Assembly (NCBI GenBank): GCA_021792255.1
Contig: JAJYUZ010000006.1
Span: 1-50,017, forward strand
Direction: 5' to 3'
Origin: Thermoplasmata archaeon
GTDB lineage: Archaea > Thermoplasmatota > Thermoplasmata > Thermoplasmatales > GCA-001856825
Length of the DNA stretch: 50,017 nt
The translations under genes were made by a program, and so were the position numbers. Under the pieces are notes generated by a model. The model was not told the origin of the DNA. It did not search any database and saw only the letters and a program-made list of their open reading frames with translations. Position 1 is the first letter of the stretch, and each line of letters begins with the position of its first letter. This document shows, piece by piece, positions 19,603 through 29,256 of the stretch.

Positions 19603-20913
19603 ATGGGGTTAGAAATGGAAGGAAATAAATCTAATCAAGAGTCAAAACCTGCGTCCATTAGGAATTTTCTTATTCTTACTGGGGCCGCAATGATAATTGG
19701 GTACATAATGTATGGTGTTGACAGACTTTCTTTTTCTGTTGTTGTACCCTATGTTATGAAAGAATTTGATATCAACAAGGCCGCAGCAGGTCTTCTTGGC
19801 ACGGTGATGCTTCTAGCACAGGTTGCAACGATTGGTATTTTTACAGTTTTGATGAGTAAATCTTCTAAGAAATCTTTATGGGCTGTTGTAAGTCTAATTG
19901 TGTTCAGTTTTGGAACTCTGCTTACGTTTCTTTCCTATTCTTACGATCTTCTATTAATTTCAAGATTGGTAGTAGGACTCGGAGAATCAATGTTCGTGCC
20001 CCTGCTATTTGGTTTTATGGCTATTCTCTTTCCAAAAAATAGAGGTGCAGCGAATGGTGCGGCACTCATAGGATTTTCATTTGGCGGATTTATAGGTCCT
20101 TATGCGGTCGGGCAACTCGTGCATCCATACGGCTGGCATTTTCCTTTTCTCCTATTTGCTGTAGCAGGCTTTATTGTTTCTCTTCTTATGTGGCTTAGTT
20201 TAAGAAAATTCACAGGTTCAGTCTCGATTCAACCTTTCTCTGTTAAGGAATCCGTTCACATGTTTGCAGAAAAGCCCATCTATTTCCTTTTAGGATTGGG
20301 GTTCCTTGCGTGGAACTTCGGGTTCTGGGCATTTGGTTTCTGGACACCAACGTTCTTAAAGGTGAATATGCACATGCCTATTACCTATTCAGCAACAGTG
20401 TACGGTATAGGCATTTTTCTTGCAGGGATAGGAGCTTTGCTATTTGGGCTGTTCGCGGATGCTTGGAAAGCTCGGAGAGCACGAGTATACATAATAGCTT
20501 TGAACGGACTGCTAATGGCCATTATGTCTCTAATATTTTATAAAGGGATAGCTGGTTATTCAGTTGCTACTGGTACTTTCTTTGCAATCACTCTTGGATT
20601 TCTTTACGGTTCTGGCGCGCCTCTAATACTTTCATTTGCACAAAATACTGAAAATAAGGGGAGAATCATTGCGCTTACTGGTCTCTTACAACAGTTTCAG
20701 TTTGTAGGAGGAACCATGGCCCCGTACGTAGCAGGACATTTCGCAGACTCGTACGGTTTAGGGAATGCACTGGTAATTACTATCGTTCCAGCGTACCTTA
20801 TATACGTAGTCTTTGCCCTTGTGGTTGGGTTTAAACTACAGGACACATCAAAGACCCAATCTGGGAAGGTACCACCGTCGCCGAAATCGGCAAGCAAGGT
20901 GGAAGGAAACTGA
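19603..20913 (+). CDS. MFS transporter (ACS/organic-anion-like)
   Basis: About 12 TM; 'YGVDRLSFS' and 'SRLVVGLGES' motifs. Confidence 0.88.
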   Translation: MGLEMEGNKSNQESKPASIRNFLILTGAAMIIGYIMYGVDRLSFSVVVPYVMKEFDINKAAAGLLGTVMLLAQVATIGIFTVLMSKSSKKSLWAVVSLIVFSFGTLLTFLSYSYDLLLISRLVVGLGESMFVPLLFGFMAILFPKNRGAANGAALIGFSFGGFIGPYAVGQLVHPYGWHFPFLLFAVAGFIVSLLMWLSLRKFTGSVSIQPFSVKESVHMFAEKPIYFLLGLGFLAWNFGFWAFGFWTPTFLKVNMHMPITYSATVYGIGIFLAGIGALLFGLFADAWKARRARVYIIALNGLLMAIMSLIFYKGIAGYSVATGTFFAITLGFLYGSGAPLILSFAQNTENKGRIIALTGLLQQFQFVGGTMAPYVAGHFADSYGLGNALVITIVPAYLIYVVFALVVGFKLQDTSKTQSGKVPPSPKSASKVEGN

Positions 20914-20914
20914 T

Positions 20915-21187
20915 ATGAAAGCATTCAAGAAAATAGCGGCAAATGATAATGTTGCAGTAGCACTCGAGGACCTTTTCGCAGGAGATGTTATCAACGTTGG
21001 GGGTATCAGTATAACTATCAGGCGAGATATCAAGTTTGGACATAAATTTGCACTTGAAAAAATTAAAATAGGCGCCCCTATAGTGAAATACGGAGAAGTA
21101 ATAGGTGAAACGACCGAAATTATTGAGCCGGGAGATCATGTACATATCCATAATTTAAGGTCTCTTCGGGCAAGGAGTGATAAATAA
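20915..21187 (+). CDS. UxaA/SuyA-type SAF-domain small subunit
   Basis: DNVAVAL...IKFGHKFAL...IVKYGEVIG...PGDHVHIHNL. Confidence 0.9.
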   Translation: MKAFKKIAANDNVAVALEDLFAGDVINVGGISITIRRDIKFGHKFALEKIKIGAPIVKYGEVIGETTEIIEPGDHVHIHNLRSLRARSDK

Positions 21188-22344
21188 TGTCTGGAAAGTC
21201 TGAAATTTCAGGATATATGAATGCAGACGGAAAATTTGGGATAAGGAAGCACGTTGCAGTAGTTTCGTTGTCAGTTTTCTCCAATGTTGCTACACAATCT
21301 ATTTCAAACTTAGTCGACGGAACAGTACCCTTAATACATCCACACGGAAGGGCAGAAATAGGCATGAATAAGAAAAACCTCGAGACAAATTTAATTGGCC
21401 AAATACTCAACCCCAACGTTCAGTCTGCACTCGTGGTAGGCTACGAGCAAAAGACCACGGAAAAATATCTCACCACTCTTTCTACTTTAACAAAGAAGAG
21501 GGTTGAGTCTTTGGTAGTCCTAGAAGGCGGCTCTATATCAGCAATTGCCGAAGGAACCAGAAAAGCAATGGAACTATCTATCGAAGCCTCAGAAGTTAGA
21601 CGGGAAACTATCGGTTTCGAGGACATTACACTGGGAATTAAGTGCGGGAGTACTGACGCGACGTCTGGAATTGCATCAAACCCAGCAGTTGGTTCCGCAG
21701 TAGACACAGTCATAAATCTTGGAGGCACGGCTATTTTCTCTGAAACGACCGAACTAATGGGTGCTGAACAAGTACTTACTAAGAGAGCAGTTAATGATAC
21801 CGTCGCAAAAAAGATTTATGAGATAGTTAAGCAGAATGAAATGTTTGCAAAACAGCAGGGAGTAGATCTCCTTGGGATCAACCCTGTTCCAGATAACATA
21901 GAAGGTGGGATCAGCACGATAGAGGAAAAATCACTTGGAGCAATACTAAAGGGAGGAACCTCAACGATCATGGATGTACTTAAATACGGTGAGCATCCCC
22001 CTGCAAAGGGTCTTTATATCATGGATTCTCCTTCAGCTGCCCAAGAAGTCCTTACTGCTCTGACAAGCGCGGGATGCCAGGCGATATTTTTTTCTACGGG
22101 TCTTGGCAACCCTTCTGGTACCCCTCTTGTTCCAGTGATAAAAGTAACAGGAAATATGAAGACTGTTAAAAAAATGAGGGACCATATTGACGTAGATGTC
22201 TCCGACATAATTTCAAATAATCTTTCATACAATGAAGCTGGAAAGAAAGTGTTCGATCATCTCGCAGCCGTAATTAATGGTGGAAAGACACGAGCTGAGG
22301 TACTTAAGCATAGAGAATTTTCTCCCATTCCAGTAGGATTGTAA
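21187..22344 (+). CDS. UxaA/GarD/SuyB-family dehydratase large subunit
   Basis: GIKCGSTDATSGIASNPAVG, FSETTELMGAE, NIEGGISTIEEKSLGAI and FSTGLG motifs. Confidence 0.9.
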   Translation: MSGKSEISGYMNADGKFGIRKHVAVVSLSVFSNVATQSISNLVDGTVPLIHPHGRAEIGMNKKNLETNLIGQILNPNVQSALVVGYEQKTTEKYLTTLSTLTKKRVESLVVLEGGSISAIAEGTRKAMELSIEASEVRRETIGFEDITLGIKCGSTDATSGIASNPAVGSAVDTVINLGGTAIFSETTELMGAEQVLTKRAVNDTVAKKIYEIVKQNEMFAKQQGVDLLGINPVPDNIEGGISTIEEKSLGAILKGGTSTIMDVLKYGEHPPAKGLYIMDSPSAAQEVLTALTSAGCQAIFFSTGLGNPSGTPLVPVIKVTGNMKTVKKMRDHIDVDVSDIISNNLSYNEAGKKVFDHLAAVINGGKTRAEVLKHREFSPIPVGL

Positions 22345-22362
22345 ACAGAAGAGGGAAATTAA

Positions 22363-23421
22363 ATGAAAAAGTACATTACAATAGAGAATGCAGAACTCTT
22401 CGTTAGTAGTACTCTCCAAGCAGTTGGAACAGAACCTGAAATTGCAAATATAGTGGCTGAGAGTCTTGTAGAGGCGGAGGCTAAAGGAGTCGGGAGTCAC
22501 GGGTTAATGCGACTTGGGTCATATATTGAAAGTGTGAAAAATGGGAGTGTATTCCCAAAATCAATTCCGACTTTACTCAAGGAAGAAAATGCGGCAACAA
22601 TTGTAGACGGACATTTTGGATTTGGAGCATATACTGGTATCTTTGCCATTAAAAAGGCAGTTAAAATTGCCGAAACTTTCGGTATAGGTTCCGTAGCAGT
22701 AACAAACATTCATCATACGGGCATGCTCTCATTCATTTCTGAAAAAGCGGCTCAAAATGGAATGATCGGCATAGTCTGCAACAATGGTCATGCAGCTATC
22801 GCCCCCCCAGGTGGTAAAAAGAAAGTGATCGGTTCTAATCCTTTTAGCATTAGCATTCCCACAGAGGACAGTCCATTTACTATTGACATGGCAATTTCAG
22901 TAGTATCAATAGGTACAGTTAGGAAATTCCTTATGGAAGGAAAAGAATTGGAAAAGTCGTGGGCAATAGACGCAGATGGTAATCCTACTACCGATCCTGC
23001 TAAGGCCCTAAATGGCTCTCTACTTCCTTTTAGTGGTTACAAAGGGTTCGGGGTTGGATTGATTGTTGATATCCTCGCAGGGCTTTTAACAGGGTCTATG
23101 GCAGGTCCTGATGTGATAACGTGGAATAACGAAGGAAAACACTGGACTACGGGGTTATTTTTGGTAGTAATCGATCCAAGTCGCTTTATAGGACGGGAAG
23201 AGTTTAGGAAACGGGTACAAGAATATCTTCTAACCATAAGAAATAGTCAGGGTGGTATAACCTTCAATATTCCGGGAGAAGACAGAACATCTAAGTTTAG
23301 AGAATCAAAGTTACATGGTATCATTCTATCCGATGAATTATACACAAGTCTAAACAAGGTTAGTTCCACATTAGACGTTATGTTAGAAGAATTTCTTGTG
23401 AAACCAGAGATTGTCTATTGA
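22363..23421 (+). CDS. Ldh_2-family oxidoreductase (ComC/YiaK/AllD-like)
   Basis: GVGSHGLMR, HHTGML, GSNPFSI, DMA, GNPTTDP, GYKGFG and PGE motifs. Confidence 0.9.
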   Translation: MKKYITIENAELFVSSTLQAVGTEPEIANIVAESLVEAEAKGVGSHGLMRLGSYIESVKNGSVFPKSIPTLLKEENAATIVDGHFGFGAYTGIFAIKKAVKIAETFGIGSVAVTNIHHTGMLSFISEKAAQNGMIGIVCNNGHAAIAPPGGKKKVIGSNPFSISIPTEDSPFTIDMAISVVSIGTVRKFLMEGKELEKSWAIDADGNPTTDPAKALNGSLLPFSGYKGFGVGLIVDILAGLLTGSMAGPDVITWNNEGKHWTTGLFLVVIDPSRFIGREEFRKRVQEYLLTIRNSQGGITFNIPGEDRTSKFRESKLHGIILSDELYTSLNKVSSTLDVMLEEFLVKPEIVY

Positions 23422-23599
23422 ATAATTATCATTAACGGCATTTGGAAGAAGGCTAATAATCTGCTACCCTCAGAACTGTAACGTCTTTCCTCACTTTTCA
23501 TTTTTTCCACTTAGAGTTTCCTGATTGTTATGAGAGGTTTAACCTGCAGTAACTGGTCAGTCTTGGGTACTTGACATAGATATTTCCTTTTCAAAATAC

Positions 23600-24381
23600 A
23601 GTACTGAAACCGAGAATGGAGGGCATAATCACCCAGAGGCCCTCATATGGCACTAGAAGGGTGACTGTGATGAGGAGGCATATGAGGGAATTGAATCTTC
23701 TCCACAGTCATAAAAAGAGGCTCAGGAAGAGCGTTCCAAGGACTATGGTGGTTTCAAGACTGAACATCTTCGGTGGGTACGGATTTCACCAAGGTCTACA
23801 TAAATAGGGAAGGATTAGTCTATTTCACTGCTTACATTGATCTGTGCTCAAGGAAGATAAAGGGCTATCTTTTCTCAAGGATGTCAAGAAGCGATGAGAT
23901 GATTGCTGCTTTGGATTCAGCGTTATTCTCAACATTCCCTGACCTTAACATCAAGGACCTGAGAATAAGGTCCGATAACGGTCCTCAGCTTACTTTGACG
24001 AAGTATGAGAATCACATCAGGACGCTTGGAATTGATCATGAGACAATTCATCCCCATACTCCAGAAGAGGATGCCTACATTGTGTCTTATGTAAACGGCG
24101 TTTACACCTATTTCGACCACTTCTAGGAAGACTATATCTACAGCAGGGAGTTCAACAACTTTGATGAATTCAGGAATTACATGGATATGGCAGTTAAGGA
24201 TTACAATTCAGTGAGGCCACCCTCATCACTGAACTATCTTATCCAGATGAATTCGAAGAGCGTATTGCTATAGACAGTGTTTTCAAGAAGAAATGGCTGG
24301 ACAGACAGGTAGGGAGGTACAAGAATGTCTTACTCCTCGAATGAACTCGAAAAGTGGTACAAATTTGAGGGGTCCATGTCA
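23600..24381 (+). pseudogene. IS3-family transposase (OrfB) remnant with right terminal repeat
   Basis: YGTRR, TDFT, IDLCSRKI, RSDNGPQ and RPPSSLNY-like motifs broken by frameshifts/stop; end ...GGGGTCCATGTCA. Confidence 0.8.
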
Positions 24382-24574
24382 TCCTTACCCACTTCTCTAA
24401 AGTCACTGTCAGGATTATATACAGATAATTGTTTTCATCGAGAAAACAAAGAAGAAAGAAGATTTCGGGGCAACTGAAATTAATAAACCTCATAACTCTG
24501 AGGAGTTAAAGCTGTTAATTTCTTTCTCGTTTTGTCTCAAGATGCGGTGAACATTCCAAGCTTTCATATTTGGA

Positions 24575-25231
24575 TCAATAATAAAGCTTAGGTATCACGG
24601 TATTCTTGACGTACTCCCATACATTCGTCTGGTGCTCGTACATTGCCATTCTGGCTCCCTCAGGGTCTCTGTTTAGGATGGCATTGATGATAGCACTATG
24701 TTCCTTGACCTCTTTATCCCTTCTCTCGATTGTGCTTAATATGGTGACTCTGACGATCCTGAGCCTTAGTCTGAGAATTCCTAGTTCTTTGAGTATCAGG
24801 CTATTCTTGCTTCCCTTTGATATAAGGGAGTGCAACTTGCCGCTAAGATTCGTGAAGGCGACAGGATCGGAGTCGCCGCTGCTTGCTTTGACTATCAGCT
24901 TTAGAATTCTCTTGAGCTCCTTTCTCTCGTTCGTGGACATTCTAATTGCAGAGAGATAAGCGGCTAGAGACTCCAGCTCTCTCCTCACTTCATAGATCTC
25001 GTTTATCTCGTTTTCATTCAGGTAGATCACGGAGTAGGAGCGACCATTCTTGGAAACAATTCCTTCACTCTGCATCGAGCCAAGGGCTTCCCTTATTGGT
25101 GTCCTGCTGATCTTCAATTCCTTTTTCAGGAATTCTTCAGTGAAAGTCTGTCCTGTCCTAAATTTACCGTCAGCAATTCTTTGCATTAATGCCTCATAGG
25201 CGAATTTTGAAAGAGGAGCCTTCTGTTTCAT
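24575..25231 (-). CDS. GntR-family regulator (FadR/FCD type)
   Basis: ISRTPIREAL HTH; EIYEVRRELE; EHSAIINAI...DPEGARMAMYEH. Confidence 0.92.
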   Translation of the reverse strand: MKQKAPLSKFAYEALMQRIADGKFRTGQTFTEEFLKKELKISRTPIREALGSMQSEGIVSKNGRSYSVIYLNENEINEIYEVRRELESLAAYLSAIRMSTNERKELKRILKLIVKASSGDSDPVAFTNLSGKLHSLISKGSKNSLILKELGILRLRLRIVRVTILSTIERRDKEVKEHSAIINAILNRDPEGARMAMYEHQTNVWEYVKNTVIPKLYY

Positions 25232-25443
25232 GTTGACCGTAATGCACTTTATTGCGCTTCGAATATATTTGTTTCGATTTATACTCGAGGACTTCTATTA
25301 TCGTCAACTTATTATACTCCCATTCAATGTTATATTGCGATCAAGAGGGTTGCCAGTGCGACCCGTTATGGAAGTCTTTCCATACTTGATTGCCACTTAT
25401 TGTTGACAAGAGTTAATTACGCACAAGTGCTAAACTCTACTGG

Positions 25444-26214
25444 ATGTATGTACTTTATCTCGATGAATCGGGGAAGGATGACAGTTGGACTGAACATAAT
25501 AATTTCGTTATAGGCGGTGTAGCCGTTCACGAAGGACAGGTTGCAGGTCTGGTTGCCGCACTGGATAGTGTCCAGCAAGAATTTTTCCCGGGAGTAGACG
25601 CTCCCTTGCACTTTCATGCAGTTGACATTTTTAAAGGCAAAGATAAGTTTAGGGAGCTTGGACCTGAAAGACAGACAGAACTTCTCAAGAGGCTGTACAC
25701 TAGGATTGGAGAACAACCATTTCCAAACTTGACCGCTTTTGCAACGACGATAGATATATCTGCAGTGAACCAGTCGACCCAAGTCTTGAAAGTTGTGTTT
25801 GAGGACGTTATTACACGATTCAACACATTCATGGCCAGGCAACATGAACGGGGCCACCCAACAAAGGGATTGGTCATCATCGATCAAGCACACAAAGACA
25901 AGTATAAAGCGATGTTCCGTGAATTTAGGGTCGGAGGAACTCGATTCGGGTCTGTCAACAATGTAGTGGATATACCGTACTTTGCGGGGAGGAAAGACAC
26001 CAGAATGTTACAAGTGGCAGATCTGATTGCCTATGCTGCCTTTCAATACTTCGAACATCAGGATGCAACATTCATCGACTTAATCAAGGAGAAGTTCAAC
26101 AAGAGAAGTGCATACGGTCCTCTTGATGGATTTAAACACATAACAAATGATAGCGGGTGTAAGTGCTATGCTTGCAACTGGAGACAGGAGAGAAACACAT
26201 TCAGGCAATACTAA
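25444..26214 (+). CDS. DUF3800-family (RNase H-fold) protein
   Basis: N-terminal YLDESG, mid-region IIDQ, C-terminal LQVADLIAY. Confidence 0.85.
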   Translation: MYVLYLDESGKDDSWTEHNNFVIGGVAVHEGQVAGLVAALDSVQQEFFPGVDAPLHFHAVDIFKGKDKFRELGPERQTELLKRLYTRIGEQPFPNLTAFATTIDISAVNQSTQVLKVVFEDVITRFNTFMARQHERGHPTKGLVIIDQAHKDKYKAMFREFRVGGTRFGSVNNVVDIPYFAGRKDTRMLQVADLIAYAAFQYFEHQDATFIDLIKEKFNKRSAYGPLDGFKHITNDSGCKCYACNWRQERNTFRQY

Positions 26215-26360
26215 GACTATTTAGGAAACATAAGCCCCGCCCCTCCTTGGTTATAGGAGGGGGCCAAGTGAGGGCGAGGCAGGTAGAAATAAATCCATTG
26301 CTTATTGAATTTCTCCTTGACTGGAAAGCATTATTTACGCATTGCAATTGAAGAATTGAA

Positions 26361-26858
26361 ATGAAGAAAGAGTCAACCACTTGACTAAAAGAAGGAGAAA
26401 ATGTTAACAGTCCTGTATCAAGGACCAGCGAAATTGCAGAGAATTACGTAAAGGATCAATTGATAGAGATGAAGTCAAGAGGGGAGATATTTGGTTTCGA
26501 GAAGGGTAGCAAGGGATGGGACTTTACTGTTCACTATTCGGATAAACCTGACCGGCATATCGAGGTGAAGGGGACTGTAGATACAAATGGGTTTGTACTA
26601 CTTTCTGATTTCAATACCAATTTTAAAGACGCCAAAGAAATGCCATCTGACTGGTGCCTTTGGATTATTGTGGTTTCTAAAGAAAAGAGGGTCGCCATCG
26701 GAGAGATTAAACTAACCAATGATAGAGTGAAAGAGAAAATTCAAGAACGCATAAAGAAAGATCGGGAGAAACACCAAGAATCAAGAACTCCCTACAGAAC
26801 ATGGGAAATAGACTGGGTCAAAGATGAGATGAGACTTCTAACTCAAGGTGAGGGATAG
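26361..26858 (+). pseudogene. DUF3883-like PD-(D/E)XK nuclease, early in-frame TGA (or shorter protein from 26460)
   Basis: GWDF...IEVKGT motif; the frame extends upstream (EIAENYVKDQL) to ATG 26361 through a TGA at 26382-26384. Confidence 0.55.
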
Positions 26859-27283
26859 AGACCGAGTATTCCTCGTGTTGGTAAGGGAGTTGAGAGAGAA
26901 GGCTGGAATGAGCGTTTTCGGTAAAGATCGGCAAATGTTACTGCTCGTACCTCTCCCTCAGTCCATAGTTTATCAGATCCATAGACAATAATATCGGGCC
27001 CATGAAAAAGGATTATTGATACCAAACTTGGTAAAATGAGAGGTTATTGGAAATCCTCAATAATATTAAAGTTGTACAAGATATCGTAAAATGGCCTAGA
27101 TTCTGCGGTCGGAAAGGCGTAACTATTAGGTAGTTAGCCATAATTGGCCAAAAACTAGGAGATAAATAGCAAAAAGAATGATGTTAAGCTTCGCTTAGAG
27201 GTTGTTGAACATACATTGACTGGCCATGTCGGGAAATTCAAAGAGAATTGATTAATGCGCCTTATTTCGAGGCGTTTGCCAAG

Positions 27284-28159
27284 TTATTGCTCTCTCTTTC
27301 TGGCGATAATCCAAGTCGAAGGGACACCATGGAGCCTCATTGGATCGAATCCAGAAAAACCGTATTCCAATACCTCAAATCCTATCGAAACCAAGGTTTC
27401 CCTCCACTCAGGTGAGGAATGATACAGTTCGACATTTGAGTCGAGTTCTCTTCCATATGTCCAGGAATTTGACCAATAATCATTTCGTAGTAGTACTTGT
27501 TTTCTTTTTCTGTTATCGAATGAATGATAACTTTGATCGAAATGGTTTGTTCGCATGACCTTATTGAGTATATCATCCAGACTATCTTCCAATACATATA
27601 TCAGCCCATGCTCATTTAGAATTTCATGGATATCGTTTAGAATGATTGCCCGGGTGTTTGTAGTTAAGTGATGCAAAGTATGAACTATTGTAATTAAGTC
27701 TATTTGCTCGGAAGGATTATTTATTTCAGTTAAGCTATTGACCCACAAGAATTTCTTCGCTAGTTTAGCAATGTTCCTAGGTAAGACAGAACTGTCTGTG
27801 TCAACTCCGTAGAGTCTCTTTGCTTTTAACATCTTGAAGAGCCATCTGCTAGATATCCCACTTGCACAACCAAAATCTAATATTTCCTTGGAAGGATTTG
27901 GAGTTTTCTTCAAGAATTCAAGGAGAGGACGATATTTCAGAAACGGAGCAATATTTTCTGTATACGACTTAAGCCTTTCAGAAACGCTTACGCGTTGATT
28001 GGGGTTTAGATTTCCAGTGATGTAATCTGCAAGAGTAAGATATCGATATGCTTCATTGCGAGGAAAAGTTAGTGCTAACAGAGACTTAAAAGATAACTCA
28101 TAGAAATCGAAGAGAAAAGAGTCAATTTCTGAATCTAGCGATTTCAATGAACCAAACAC
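27284..28159 (-). CDS. Class I SAM-dependent methyltransferase
   Basis: ILDFGCASG, YGVD, DLITIVHTLHH and LNEHGLIYVLE motifs. Confidence 0.85.
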   Translation of the reverse strand: MFGSLKSLDSEIDSFLFDFYELSFKSLLALTFPRNEAYRYLTLADYITGNLNPNQRVSVSERLKSYTENIAPFLKYRPLLEFLKKTPNPSKEILDFGCASGISSRWLFKMLKAKRLYGVDTDSSVLPRNIAKLAKKFLWVNSLTEINNPSEQIDLITIVHTLHHLTTNTRAIILNDIHEILNEHGLIYVLEDSLDDILNKVMRTNHFDQSYHSFDNRKRKQVLLRNDYWSNSWTYGRELDSNVELYHSSPEWRETLVSIGFEVLEYGFSGFDPMRLHGVPSTWIIARKREQ

Positions 28160-28287
28160 ATCTAACTAGATATTAATTTTTTCTGCAACATCAAGATTTG
28201 CAAATTATAGACTTAGAATCTAAAGTCCTTCTGGAATGTTTCTCGACATTTAACGAATTCTTGGTCCCTGTGTATGTTTAGATCTAG

Positions 28288-29256
28288 CTAAAGCAACGGG
28301 CGCATACACATTGTTATTGGTTTCATGTCTTGCTGATGGCCGAAAGTAGTTATTGCTATGCGTTTGTTATGCAATACTATCATATACTGACCATCGGTCC
28401 CGTCCACATAATAAGTCCCGTCTTTGCAGACCCATAAATAATAGCCGTAAGAGTACTTTGGGAAAACACGTTTGATGTCGTACATCGTTGGAGTCAGAAC
28501 CTTGGTTGTCCTCATCTCGTCGATCCAGACCTTGGGTACTATCTGCTCATCATTGTATCTTCCATCATTCTGGAACACCAAAGCGAACTTATGAAAATCC
28601 TCGTGAGACAACCTTAAACCAGTTGATGCTGCACAGTATTTTCCGTAGTTTTTCCATTGGAAGTCTCTTATATCAAGTGGTTCAAATATTATATCCTTAA
28701 CCCACTGCGAGAGGTTTATCCCTAGCCCTTCTTGAATCAGAACTGAAATTAGGAATGGGCCTGCATTAGCGTAGACAAAGAACTTACCGGGGTCATAAGT
28801 CATGTCAGTGTTCCAGATTAAGTCAAGATACTTTTCAGGAGGGATGTCTTTTATATCTTTACTGAACATTAGTCCCACGTCGTGTCCGATGGTGTGAGTC
28901 AGGAAATGTTTTAATTTTACCTTTTTTAGCTTAGGTATATTGTCACTGTTTGTTAGATTCACTAGGTCTTCAAAAAATGGCCAAACTAATGTATCTAGAG
29001 TAATTTTCTGACCGTCAAAGTAGAGTCCCTTTTCCAAAGCGGTTCCTAACGCTAGCCCGATTATAGGCTTGCTTGCAGAGCGAAGATCGTTGATAGTCTT
29101 GTTTCCGTTGAAATAGTGTTCTAATGTTTCTCCTTCGGATGAAGTCACTATTATGCTGTCCATGGACAGATTGTTTCCATTCTTATCCTTGGTTTCTATG
29201 AAGTTTCTTATCACTTCTTCGAAAACTTCCTTGAAGTTACCCACCTTTTCAGACAT
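28288..29256 (-). CDS. Serine hydrolase, beta-lactamase/AmpC-like family
   Basis: SxxK (RSASK), FLTHTIG, PGKFFVYAN (YxN), YGYYLW, GTDGQY; no obvious signal peptide. Confidence 0.88.
   Translation of the reverse strand: MSEKVGNFKEVFEEVIRNFIETKDKNGNNLSMDSIIVTSSEGETLEHYFNGNKTINDLRSASKPIIGLALGTALEKGLYFDGQKITLDTLVWPFFEDLVNLTNSDNIPKLKKVKLKHFLTHTIGHDVGLMFSKDIKDIPPEKYLDLIWNTDMTYDPGKFFVYANAGPFLISVLIQEGLGINLSQWVKDIIFEPLDIRDFQWKNYGKYCAASTGLRLSHEDFHKFALVFQNDGRYNDEQIVPKVWIDEMRTTKVLTPTMYDIKRVFPKYSYGYYLWVCKDGTYYVDGTDGQYMIVLHNKRIAITTFGHQQDMKPITMCMRPLL

Noticed and set aside
28288-29256. Beta-lactam resistance gene
   Set aside because: No signal peptide and an archaeal-type host; better read as a cytoplasmic amidase/esterase of the same fold.
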